Shown here: one piece after another, positions 31,101 to 38,583 of the stretch
Layout of the letters: every line of letters begins with the position of its first letter
How positions within the stretch are numbered: position 1 is the first letter of the stretch
Assembly (NCBI GenBank): GCA_029979305.1
Contig: JAPOHV010000001.1
Coordinates: 1 to 42,484, forward strand
Length of the DNA stretch: 42,484 bases
Direction of reading: 5' to 3'
Origin: Mycobacteriaceae bacterium
GTDB taxonomy: Bacteria > Actinomycetota > Actinomycetes > Mycobacteriales > Mycobacteriaceae
Notes under the pieces: model-generated
What the model saw: only the letters and a program-made list of their open reading frames with translations
Told to the model about the DNA's origin: nothing
Database searches by the model: none
Program-made: the position numbers and the translations under genes

Positions 31101-31430
31101 GTGGGACTGGCGTTCCCCTGCCAGCAGCCGATGCTGCACACCAACGGGGTGACCCAGGTGCCGACGTTCCGGATCACCCCGGACTACACGGCCAAGAAGC
31201 AGGACACCGACACCTGGGAGGACGGCCGCAACGGCGGCCTGCTGGGCATCAGCGACCTGCTGCTGCGGGCGCATGTGATGTCCACCTACCTGTCGCACGA
31301 CTGGGGTCGGGACTGGGGTTCGCTGCGTAAGTTCGACACCATCGTCGACGCCAAACCGGCGGAGTTGGAGTTGGGCAGCGCGACACGCAGTGGTTTGTGG
31401 AAGCCAGGGAAGATCAGGATCAAGGCCTAG
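28179..31430 (+). CDS. embB: Arabinosyltransferase EmbB
   Basis: SSDDGYILGMARVA, TPTKWVHHFG, WEDGRNGGLLG; ATG 28179 after GAGGCAGG. Confidence 0.96.
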   Translation: MTQTLIADTAAADEVKITRWVAIVAGLLGFVLAILTPLLPVVQTTATLNWPQNGQLNNVTAPLISLTPVSMTATVPCEVIRTMPAKGGMVLGLAPQKAKDASLNSLFVTVDAKQVNVTDRNVVVASVPRAKVQAPECQRIEITSTEEGTFAGFVGLPPSADYNELDDKEKEESPQTGYDYLRSGFNDPNLRPGIVGVFTDLTGPAPAGLNVSATIDTRFSTRPTALKLAAMLLAIAATVVALAALWRLDRLDGRRMHRLIPGRWRTFTAVDVVVVTAFLVWYVIGANSSDDGYILGMARVAERAGYMSNYFRWFGVPEDPFGWYYNVLALMTHVSTASIWMRLPDLLCALVCWLLLSREVLPRLGPAVAASRPALWAAGLVLLAAWMPFDNGLRPEGQITTGALITYVLIERAITSGRLTPFALAIITAAFTLGIQPTGLIAVAALIAGGRPILRILSRRRAVVGTLPLVAPLLAAGTVILTVVFADQTLATVLEATRIRTDIGPSQEWYTENLRYYYLILPTVDGSLSRRFGFLITALSLFISTFVMLRRKQIAGVARGPAWRLMGVIYATVFCLMFTPTKWVHHFGLFAAVGAAVAALATVLVSPAVLRSARNRMTVVTAVLFLLALTFATTNGWWYVSSYGIPFNSTMPKVGGISVSAMFLALFIAAALYTAWLHIRARGGTGRLTRLLTDAPIPVAAGLMVLANLASMTAGVVRQYPTYSNGWANVRALAGGCGLADYVLVEPDSNAGFLAPLPGTYGPLGALGGTKPVGFTPNGVPEKIVAEAIRVNNPTPGIDHDWEGPFTLTKPGVNGSTVPLPYQLDPARVPVAGSYVDTGQQESLLTSAWYALPPNDGGHPLVVVTAAGTIAGNSVLNAHTDGQTVELEYGRPGPNGVEPAGRVEPYDLGPAPSWRNLRFPRSQIPADATAVRIVAEDKSLSLGDWVAVTPPRVPELRTVQEYVGSTQPVLMDWAVGLAFPCQQPMLHTNGVTQVPTFRITPDYTAKKQDTDTWEDGRNGGLLGISDLLLRAHVMSTYLSHDWGRDWGSLRKFDTIVDAKPAELELGSATRSGLWKPGKIRIKA

Positions 31431-31505
31431 CTGTACCGAGCACCGCGGCGCGGGTTATCCCCAGTCCGGGATTGATGCACAGATTTCGTTCGCCTCGTCG
31501 AATGA

Positions 31506-31527
31506 TGTCGCAGTGCCGGCGTAGTTT
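31506..31527 (+). promoter_or_regulatory. PafBC (RecA-NDp)-type DNA-damage promoter
   Basis: TGTCGC-N10-TAGTTT versus consensus TGTCGG-N10-TA-N3-T; 7 nt before GTG 31535. Confidence 0.75.
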
Positions 31528-31528
31528 T

Positions 31529-31544
31529 TCGAACGTGAGTTCGA
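31529..31544. promoter_or_regulatory. LexA (SOS) box
   Basis: TCGAAC-GTGA-GTTCGA, a perfect match to the actinobacterial TCGAAC-N4-GTTCGA; contains the start codon. Confidence 0.88.
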
Positions 31545-32884
31545 TCGCTGAGGTGTTCGCCCTGCTGGACAGGGCCGTGGAGGCCGTCGGTGCGGTGAAT
31601 TGCGAGGCTCTGCCGGTCGCCGAACTGTTCGAATACCTTGATCGGCTGGAGACCGCGCGCCGGCGTGTCACGGCCTGTGCCTACGACGGGGCGGCTGCGG
31701 TGGACCAGCGCGACGAGCGGGAACTGGGCGGCCGCAGTGAGCGGTTGATCGCCGACGTGCTGCGGATCAGTCCCGCCGGCGTCAGGCGGCGGATAGACGG
31801 AGCGAACCAACTGGCGCCCCGGACGACGCTGACCGGCCAGCAACTGGCGCCGGAGCTGCCCGCCACGGCCAAAGCCTGGCACTCCGGCGCCCTCGACGGC
31901 CGGCATCTGCACACCATCCAGAAGTTTCTCCGGGACCTGCCCGATCACCTCGCCACAGCCGAGGTCACCGCCGCCGAGGCGTTCCTGGCCGAGCAGGCCG
32001 CGCTGCTACGGCCCGACCAGCTGGAGAAAGTGGCCGGTCAGTTGGCGCTGCAGCTCAACCCCGACGGGAGTTTCTCCGATGCCGACCGGGCCCGCAAACG
32101 GGGCTTCAACTGGTCGGGCAGGCAGGGTCCCGACGGGATGAGCGTCGCGCGGCTGACAGCCACCCCGGAATTGCGAGCCCTGCTCGAAGCCTGGGCTGCC
32201 AAGTTCGCCGCGCCCGGAATGTGCAATCCCGACGACCAAAGCCCCACCGTCACAGGAGAACCCAGCCAGGACGTCGTCGATCGGGACTGCCGCAGTCACG
32301 CTCAACGTCAGCACGACGCGCTCGTCGCACTCGTACGGGGTCAACTCGGGGATCCCCGACTCGGCGAGCACCGCGGTCTTCCCGTGACCGTGATCGTCTC
32401 AGCCACTCTTGACCAACTGCACACCGCTGCCGGGGTTGCCGTCACTGCCGGCGGTACCCTGCTGCCGATGCGCGACGTGATCCGCATGGCCAGCCACGCC
32501 TGGCATTACCTGGCGGTCTTTGATCACCACACCGAACGGGCGTTGTACTTGGGCCGCTCCAAGCGGATCGCCTCGGCCGATCAACGAATCGTGTTGCACT
32601 CCAAAGACCGCGGCTGCACCGCACCGGGTTGCGCTATGCCCGGATATCTGACGGAGGTGCATCACGTCGACGAATGGGCTGGTGGCGGGCTGACAAACAT
32701 CGACAGACTCACCTTCGCCTGCAAGAGCGACCACGCACTCCTGAAACCGGGCGGCTGGAAGACCCGAAAACTCAACGACGGCTCGACCCAGTGGCTACCA
32801 CCGCCGCATCTGCCACTACCCGGCGGGACGAATACCTTCCACCACCCCGAACGGATGCTGCCCGATGATCCCGGCGGCACCTAG
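31535..32884 (+). CDS. DUF222 (REP13E12 family) protein with C-terminal HNH endonuclease domain
   Basis: GPDGMS, KFAAPGMCNP, AQRQHDAL, GLPVTVIV, RGCTAPGC..EVHHVDEWAGGGLT, TFHHPER; start moved to GTG 31535. Confidence 0.92.
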   Translation: MSSIAEVFALLDRAVEAVGAVNCEALPVAELFEYLDRLETARRRVTACAYDGAAAVDQRDERELGGRSERLIADVLRISPAGVRRRIDGANQLAPRTTLTGQQLAPELPATAKAWHSGALDGRHLHTIQKFLRDLPDHLATAEVTAAEAFLAEQAALLRPDQLEKVAGQLALQLNPDGSFSDADRARKRGFNWSGRQGPDGMSVARLTATPELRALLEAWAAKFAAPGMCNPDDQSPTVTGEPSQDVVDRDCRSHAQRQHDALVALVRGQLGDPRLGEHRGLPVTVIVSATLDQLHTAAGVAVTAGGTLLPMRDVIRMASHAWHYLAVFDHHTERALYLGRSKRIASADQRIVLHSKDRGCTAPGCAMPGYLTEVHHVDEWAGGGLTNIDRLTFACKSDHALLKPGGWKTRKLNDGSTQWLPPPHLPLPGGTNTFHHPERMLPDDPGGT

Positions 32885-32927
32885 CCTGACGCGGGGGTGT
32901 CAACGCGAGGTGCCTGCGGAGGTGCCG

Positions 32928-34961
32928 CTACAGGCCCGCCTCGGCGGGCTGTGGCGCCGGCGCGATAGTCAGGATCGGCGCGCCGGCCGCTATCTCGCCG
33001 CCGGCCACCATCTCCATCGGACCGAACTTCCTGGCGTTGAGCACGATGATCGGTGTGATCAACGGATAGCCCGCATCCTGGATGAGCTTGCGGTCGAATG
33101 TCACCAACGGCGCACCGGCGCTGACCTTCTGGCCCTTTTCGACCTTCACGTCGAAACCCTCGCCCTTGAGCTTCACCGTGTCGATGCCGATGTGGATGAG
33201 AACCTCCACACCGCTGTCGAGCAGGATGCCGAACGCGTGCCCGGTCGGCTGGGCGGCGATCACGGTGCCCGAACCGGGTGAGTAGGCGGTGTCCCCTGAC
33301 GGCTCGACCGCCACGCCGGGGCCCATGATGCCCTTGCCGAAGACCGGGTCGGGCACGTCGCCGAGCGCCACCACGGTGCCCGCGAGCGGGGAGAGGATCT
33401 CGGTGGCCATTCCGGCATCGCCGGCAGCCTTGGTGGCGGCCGCTGCCACCAGGGTGTCGGGGCTGGCCTGCCCCATCGGCCCCTCGAGGTCGGCCACCGG
33501 GACACCAGCAGCCACTGCCGCGGCGGCCTGCTCCGGGGTGCGGTACCCGGAGATGATCACCAGGACCATCGCGGTGAAGAAGGCAGCCAGCACCGCGACG
33601 GCGTACAGGCCCATGCTGCTGAAGGCGGGGATGGTCAGCAGCGAGGTGAAGACGAACGCCTTGGTCGTCACGCCGCCGCCCAGGCCGATGATCAAGCCAC
33701 CGACCAAGCAGCCCACCAACATTCGTGGATATATCCGTTTGAATCGCAGATGGATGCCGTAGAGCGACGGCTCGGAGATCCCTCCGAGGAGGCCTGCAGC
33801 CAGAGCGCCGACCGCGGTCTGCCGCATGGCCTTGTCACGTTCACGCCAGGCCAGGAACAGCACGCCGGCGGTGGCACCGAAGCAGGCGAAGTTCCACGCC
33901 CCCATCGGGCCCTGGATGAAGTCGTAGCCCAGGGTCTGAATGTTGACCAGCATGATCGCATTGATCGGCCAGTGCAGACCGAGTGGAACCATGAACGGGT
34001 AGGCCAGCGGAATGAGGATCGCGAAGATGAACGGCGAGAAGTCGTTGATCGCCTTCAGGAAACTGCCCAGCGCGGCACCCACGTACACACCGATGGGCCC
34101 GATCAGGAAGGCCGTCAGCGGAATCATGATCAGCATGGCGACGAACGGAACGAAGATCAGTTGCACGTTCTCGGGAATGACGCGTTTGAGGAATTTGTAC
34201 AGCGGACCCAACACCGCGGCCATCAACAGCGGCGGGAATACTTGGGAACTGTAGTTGTGGATCGTCAGCGGAAGCCCGAAGATACTGACCACGTCGACGG
34301 TGGAGCCGAAAACCTTCGTCGGCGTGGCGACGTCCTTGAGTGCGGCGAAACCGGGCAGCATCACCACCGCCATGATCGCGAAACCGATCCAGGGGTCCGC
34401 ACCGACTTTCTTCGATGCGTTGTAGGCCACCATCAACGGCAGGAAGACGAAGACGCTCTGCCAGCACAAGTTGATGAACTGCCAGGACGGCGACAGTTCC
34501 GTGCGCGGGTCGGCCCAGTTGGGAATCACCTTCAGCGTGCTCATCAGAGCCATGAAGGTGATGAACAGCGAGGCGCCCAGCAGAGCCCCGAGGATCGGGC
34601 GGAAGGAGTCGGACAGGAACTCGAAGAACGAGTCCATCCAGGCGAACTTGCCGCGCGGACCCTTGGCTCGGGCAGCGGCCTTGATCGCTGCGGCGTCGTC
34701 GCCACCACCGCCGCCGGCCATCCCCGGCAGTGCCTTGATTTCGTTGTAGACCGTCTGCACCCCGCCGCCGATCACCACCTGGTAGCGATTGCCGGCCTGC
34801 GGCACCGCACCCATGACGCCGGATACCGACTCGAGTTCGGACTGCTTGACCCCGGAGGCGTCGTGGAGGGTGAACCGCAGCCGGGTCGCGCAGTGCGAAA
34901 GGCTCTCGATGTTCGCGGCACCGCCGAGCTTGTCGACGATGTCGGCCGCTGTGTTCGACAT
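32928..34961 (-). CDS. PTS sugar transporter EIIBCA (glucose / beta-glucoside family)
   Basis: EIIB HCATRLRF, EIIC PLGLHW and GISEPSLYG, EIIA DPVFG..MGPG and IHIGIDTV; GGGAG RBS. Confidence 0.93.
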   Translation of the reverse strand: MSNTAADIVDKLGGAANIESLSHCATRLRFTLHDASGVKQSELESVSGVMGAVPQAGNRYQVVIGGGVQTVYNEIKALPGMAGGGGGDDAAAIKAAARAKGPRGKFAWMDSFFEFLSDSFRPILGALLGASLFITFMALMSTLKVIPNWADPRTELSPSWQFINLCWQSVFVFLPLMVAYNASKKVGADPWIGFAIMAVVMLPGFAALKDVATPTKVFGSTVDVVSIFGLPLTIHNYSSQVFPPLLMAAVLGPLYKFLKRVIPENVQLIFVPFVAMLIMIPLTAFLIGPIGVYVGAALGSFLKAINDFSPFIFAILIPLAYPFMVPLGLHWPINAIMLVNIQTLGYDFIQGPMGAWNFACFGATAGVLFLAWRERDKAMRQTAVGALAAGLLGGISEPSLYGIHLRFKRIYPRMLVGCLVGGLIIGLGGGVTTKAFVFTSLLTIPAFSSMGLYAVAVLAAFFTAMVLVIISGYRTPEQAAAAVAAGVPVADLEGPMGQASPDTLVAAAATKAAGDAGMATEILSPLAGTVVALGDVPDPVFGKGIMGPGVAVEPSGDTAYSPGSGTVIAAQPTGHAFGILLDSGVEVLIHIGIDTVKLKGEGFDVKVEKGQKVSAGAPLVTFDRKLIQDAGYPLITPIIVLNARKFGPMEMVAGGEIAAGAPILTIAPAPQPAEAGL

Positions 34962-35002
34962 ATCTCCCAGTCCTTCTCACGGCACCGGAAAGGGCCGAGG
35001 TG

Positions 35003-35019
35003 AGCCGATGGTATCGGCT
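35003..35019. promoter_or_regulatory. Palindrome overlapping the candidate -10 of the PTS gene
   Basis: AGCCGAT-GGT-ATCGGCT; minus-strand TACCAT at 35013-35008 lies inside it. Confidence 0.45.
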
Positions 35020-35022
35020 GGG

Positions 35023-36258
35023 TCAGGGAGTCGGGGGGGTTTGCGGAGGCGGCGGCGCCGCCGTGGCGGTGCGCAGCCGTTCCGGCTGCAGCGACCAGAT
35101 CGTCTCGTCACCGTTGGAGTTGGCGCGCGCGCAGTAGGCCGGGGTCCCGGTCTCGGTGACCGCGGCCGCCCCGAGGACCGCACAGTCCGCTCCGAGAACC
35201 ACCACCGGCAGGTCCATCCGGGCCGACACCGCCGGCGGCGGTGGTGTCGGGGTCGGCGATTCCGCATCGCCGCCGCCGCGCTGCCTGGCGACGAAGACGG
35301 CCGCGCCGGCGAGCCCAACCACGACCAGCGCTGCCAGCCCGACGGCGGTCCACCGGTGTCCCGGTGTTTCTGCCGTCCTGCGGTGGCGGGCCGAGCCCGC
35401 GGCGGAAGGCAGCAGCGCCTGCTGCATCGCCCGGGCGAAGTCGGCGCACCGCGGATACCGGTCGGCCGGGTTCTTTGCCATGGCCTTGGCGAACACCGGA
35501 CCGAACGCGGCCAGTTCCGGGGGCAGCGACTCGACCGGCGGGGACTCACTGAGGTGCTGACTGATGACGACCGCGGGGTTGCTGTGGTCGAATGGTGCGC
35601 TACCGGTCATCAGGTGAAAGGCCGTGGCGGCCAACGCGTACTGGTCGGCACGCCCGTCGATCGGCTCGCCCTTGAGTTGCTCGGGTGCGGCGTAGGTGAC
35701 CGTGCCGACCGTCATCTCCGTACCGGTGAGATCGCTGGTTTGATCCGCCCAGCGCGCAACTCCGAAGTCCACCAACATGACTCGGTCGATGTCCCCGGCC
35801 GCGGAGTCCGACTCCGGGCGGCCCAACAGTATGTTGGCGGGCTTGATGTCCCGATGCAGCAGATTGCGGCTGTGCGCGTAGTCGAGAGCCTCGCCGACCT
35901 CGGTCACGATGCGCACCACGTCGGCGGCCGGCACCGCGTTCGGATAGTTGCGGCTCAGTAAATGGAAGGCGTCGGTACCGTCGACGTACTCCATGGCGAT
36001 CCACAGTTGGCCGTCGCACTCGCCGCGATCGAAGATCGTGACGATGTTGGGGTGGCGCAGGGTCGCCACCATCTCGGCCTCCCGGTTGAACCGCTGCCGG
36101 TACTCCTCGTCGTGGCTGACCGTCGTGCCCAGCACCTTGAGCGCCTCACGGCGGGGCAGCCGGGGATGCTCGGCGAGGTACACCTCACCCATGCCGCCCT
36201 CGCCGAGGACGCGCAGGATGGTGTAACCGGCGAACACCCGGCCGTCAGCGAGCGGCAT
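35023..36258 (-). CDS. Transmembrane Hanks-type Ser/Thr protein kinase (PknF/PknI-like)
   Basis: GEGGMGEVY, ALK, HRDIKPAN, DFG, APE motifs; one TM helix; short Pro-rich, two-Cys extracytoplasmic tail. Confidence 0.93.
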   Translation of the reverse strand: MPLADGRVFAGYTILRVLGEGGMGEVYLAEHPRLPRREALKVLGTTVSHDEEYRQRFNREAEMVATLRHPNIVTIFDRGECDGQLWIAMEYVDGTDAFHLLSRNYPNAVPAADVVRIVTEVGEALDYAHSRNLLHRDIKPANILLGRPESDSAAGDIDRVMLVDFGVARWADQTSDLTGTEMTVGTVTYAAPEQLKGEPIDGRADQYALAATAFHLMTGSAPFDHSNPAVVISQHLSESPPVESLPPELAAFGPVFAKAMAKNPADRYPRCADFARAMQQALLPSAAGSARHRRTAETPGHRWTAVGLAALVVVGLAGAAVFVARQRGGGDAESPTPTPPPPAVSARMDLPVVVLGADCAVLGAAAVTETGTPAYCARANSNGDETIWSLQPERLRTATAAPPPPQTPPTP

Positions 36259-36267
36259 GAGGGCACC

Positions 36268-37023
36268 CTAGGCCGGGACGGCGGCCTTCAGCGATACCAG
36301 TGCCGCGGTGCTGAGCCGGGCCAATTCGGCGGCCTCGTCGGCGTCGAGCGCATCGGCGAAGATCTCTGCCATCCGCCGGTTGGTGGCGGCTTCCACCTCG
36401 TCGTAGCGCTCCCTCTTGTCGGCGCCGTCGGCGAACGGGCCGGGCCAGCCGAACATCCGGGTGTAGTTCTCGTCCGCGTGCAGCATGTGCGCCTCGACCG
36501 GGGTGATGCCGGAAACCGACAGCGCATTGAGGTGGGTTTCGCCGCGCAGTTCGCGCAACACGTGCAGCAGCTGCATCGCCCGCGCCGGGGCGTCGTCGGC
36601 CGGCGGCATGAGCCGCCACCCGGCGTACAGCGGCAGGCCGACGGTCGGGGCCGAGGCGATGATCTTCCCGGCCGACTGCGCTAGGCGGTCCAGGCCCTCC
36701 GCACCGGCGAGGTACTTGCGGCCGAAGCCGGCCATCTGCTCCCAGTAGACCTCCGCCGCACCGGCAGCGCCGCGTACAGCGACGCCTTCAGTCCACAACG
36801 CGGCCAGCATGTTCGGCTCGAAGATCGCGAATACCGCGGCCACCGTCGTCCCGGTCGCCTCGCCGAGCACACCGCCACGGCCGGCGACGTAGCCGGCCAA
36901 CGGATTCTGGTAGCCCGCGGCGACGCTGCCCGCGAACGTCTCGGGGTGCAGCATGAAAAGGCCGACGGCCTCACCCGCTGCCGCGCCGGTCTCCCGGGCG
37001 GCTTCCAGCATCGCCTGGCTCAT
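36268..37023 (-). CDS. Conserved actinobacterial protein (SCO6745/EvbL-like)
   Basis: YVAGRGGVLG, PLYAGWR, LRELRG..H motifs; AAGGAG RBS; 9 nt downstream of accD4. Confidence 0.7.
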   Translation of the reverse strand: MSQAMLEAARETGAAAGEAVGLFMLHPETFAGSVAAGYQNPLAGYVAGRGGVLGEATGTTVAAVFAIFEPNMLAALWTEGVAVRGAAGAAEVYWEQMAGFGRKYLAGAEGLDRLAQSAGKIIASAPTVGLPLYAGWRLMPPADDAPARAMQLLHVLRELRGETHLNALSVSGITPVEAHMLHADENYTRMFGWPGPFADGADKRERYDEVEAATNRRMAEIFADALDADEAAELARLSTAALVSLKAAVPA

Positions 37024-37032
37024 GTCGGCTCC

Positions 37033-38583
37033 TTAGATCGGGATCAGACCGTGTTTGCGCTGAATACGCTGAATCTGCTTGTCCCGCAGAAGCCGCATCG
37101 ACTTGCGCAGCATCAGCCGGGTCTGGTGCGGTTCGATGACCGCGTCGATGAATCCGCGTTCGGCGGCGATGTAGGGGATCGCCATGTTGCGGTTGTAACC
37201 GTCGATGAAATCGGCCCGGATCTTCTGCACCTCGGGGGCCGTCGGATCCGGGAAGCGTTTCACCAGAAGCTGAGCCGCACCCTCGGCACCGATCACGGCG
37301 ATACGGGCGGTGGGCCAGGCGAAGTTGAGATCGGCGGTGAGCTGCTTGGAGCCCATCACCGCATACGCCCCGCCGTAGGACTTGCGGATGGTGATGGTCA
37401 CTTTGGGGACGACGGCCTCCACCACGGCGTAGAGGAACCGGCCGCCGCGCTTGATGATTCCGTTCTTCTCCTGCTCCACTCCGGGCAGAAATCCCGGGGT
37501 GTCGACGACGAACACCAGCGGCAGGTTGAACGAGTCGCAGAACCGCAGGAACCGCGCCGCCTTGTCGGATGCCTCGTTGTCGATCGCGCCCGACATGTGC
37601 ATCGGCTGGTTGGCGATCACGCCGACCGGCCGTCCGTCGACCCGCGCGAAGCCGGTGATGATGGCCTGCCCCGCCTGTGCGGCCACGTCGAGGAAGTCGC
37701 CGTCGTCGAAGATCCGGATCAGGATCTCGTGCATGTCGTAGGCCATGTTGTCGGCGTCGGGCACCAGCGTGTCGAGTTCGAGATCGTGCGGGGTGATGTC
37801 AGGTTCCAGACCGGGGTTGATCACCGGCGGGTCGTCAAAGGTGTTGGGCGGCAGGAACTCAAGGAAGTCGCGCACGTACTGGAAGGCTGCCTGCTCTGAC
37901 TCGACGACCTGGTGGATGTTGCCGTAGCGGGCCTGCTGGTCGGCCCCGCCGAGTTCGTCGAGGCTGACGTCCTCACCGGTGACGTCCTTGATGACGTCGG
38001 GGCCGGTGACGAACATATAGCCCTGATCGCGCACGGCGACCACCAGATCGGTCTGGATGGGCGAGTAGACCGCACCGCCGGCGCACTTACCGAGGATGAT
38101 CGAGATCTGCGGCACCATGCCGGACAGCAATTCATGGCGGCGGCCGAGCTCGGCGTACCAGGCCAGCGAGGTGACCGCATCCTGAATCCGCGCGCCGCCG
38201 GAATCGTTGATGCCGATGATCGGGCAGCCGACCATGGCCACCCACTCCATCAGCCGGGCGACCTTGCGGCCGAACATCTCCCCCACCGATCCGCCGAAGA
38301 CGGTCTGGTCGTGGGAGAAGACGCCGACCGGACGGCCGTTGATGGTGGCGTGCCCGGTGACGACGCCGTCGCCGTAGAGGGCGTTCGGGTCGCCGGGGGT
38401 GCGGGCCAGTGCGCCGATCTCCAGGAAGCTGCCCGGATCGACCAACTCGTGGATGCGGGCGCGGGCGCTGGGGATGCCGCGCTTGTCGCGTTTGGCCGCG
38501 GCGGCCTCACCGCCGGGTTCCTTGGCCAACTCCAGCTTGTCGCGCAGTTCGGCCAGCAACTCGGCGGTGGACCTGTTCGTCAC
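37033..38583 (-). CDS. accD4: Acyl-CoA carboxylase beta subunit AccD4
   Basis: [51 protein letters not shown]; overlaps the pks13 stop by 1 nt. Confidence 0.95.
   Translation of the reverse strand: MTNRSTAELLAELRDKLELAKEPGGEAAAAKRDKRGIPSARARIHELVDPGSFLEIGALARTPGDPNALYGDGVVTGHATINGRPVGVFSHDQTVFGGSVGEMFGRKVARLMEWVAMVGCPIIGINDSGGARIQDAVTSLAWYAELGRRHELLSGMVPQISIILGKCAGGAVYSPIQTDLVVAVRDQGYMFVTGPDVIKDVTGEDVSLDELGGADQQARYGNIHQVVESEQAAFQYVRDFLEFLPPNTFDDPPVINPGLEPDITPHDLELDTLVPDADNMAYDMHEILIRIFDDGDFLDVAAQAGQAIITGFARVDGRPVGVIANQPMHMSGAIDNEASDKAARFLRFCDSFNLPLVFVVDTPGFLPGVEQEKNGIIKRGGRFLYAVVEAVVPKVTITIRKSYGGAYAVMGSKQLTADLNFAWPTARIAVIGAEGAAQLLVKRFPDPTAPEVQKIRADFIDGYNRNMAIPYIAAERGFIDAVIEPHQTRLMLRKSMRLLRDKQIQRIQRKHGLIPI

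Noticed and set aside
28491-31298. Long antisense or off-frame ORFs (935, 850, 709, 691, 578 aa and others)
   Set aside because: Shadow ORFs of GC3-rich genes (emb, pks13, dprE); low-complexity R/G/A/Q composition, no motifs
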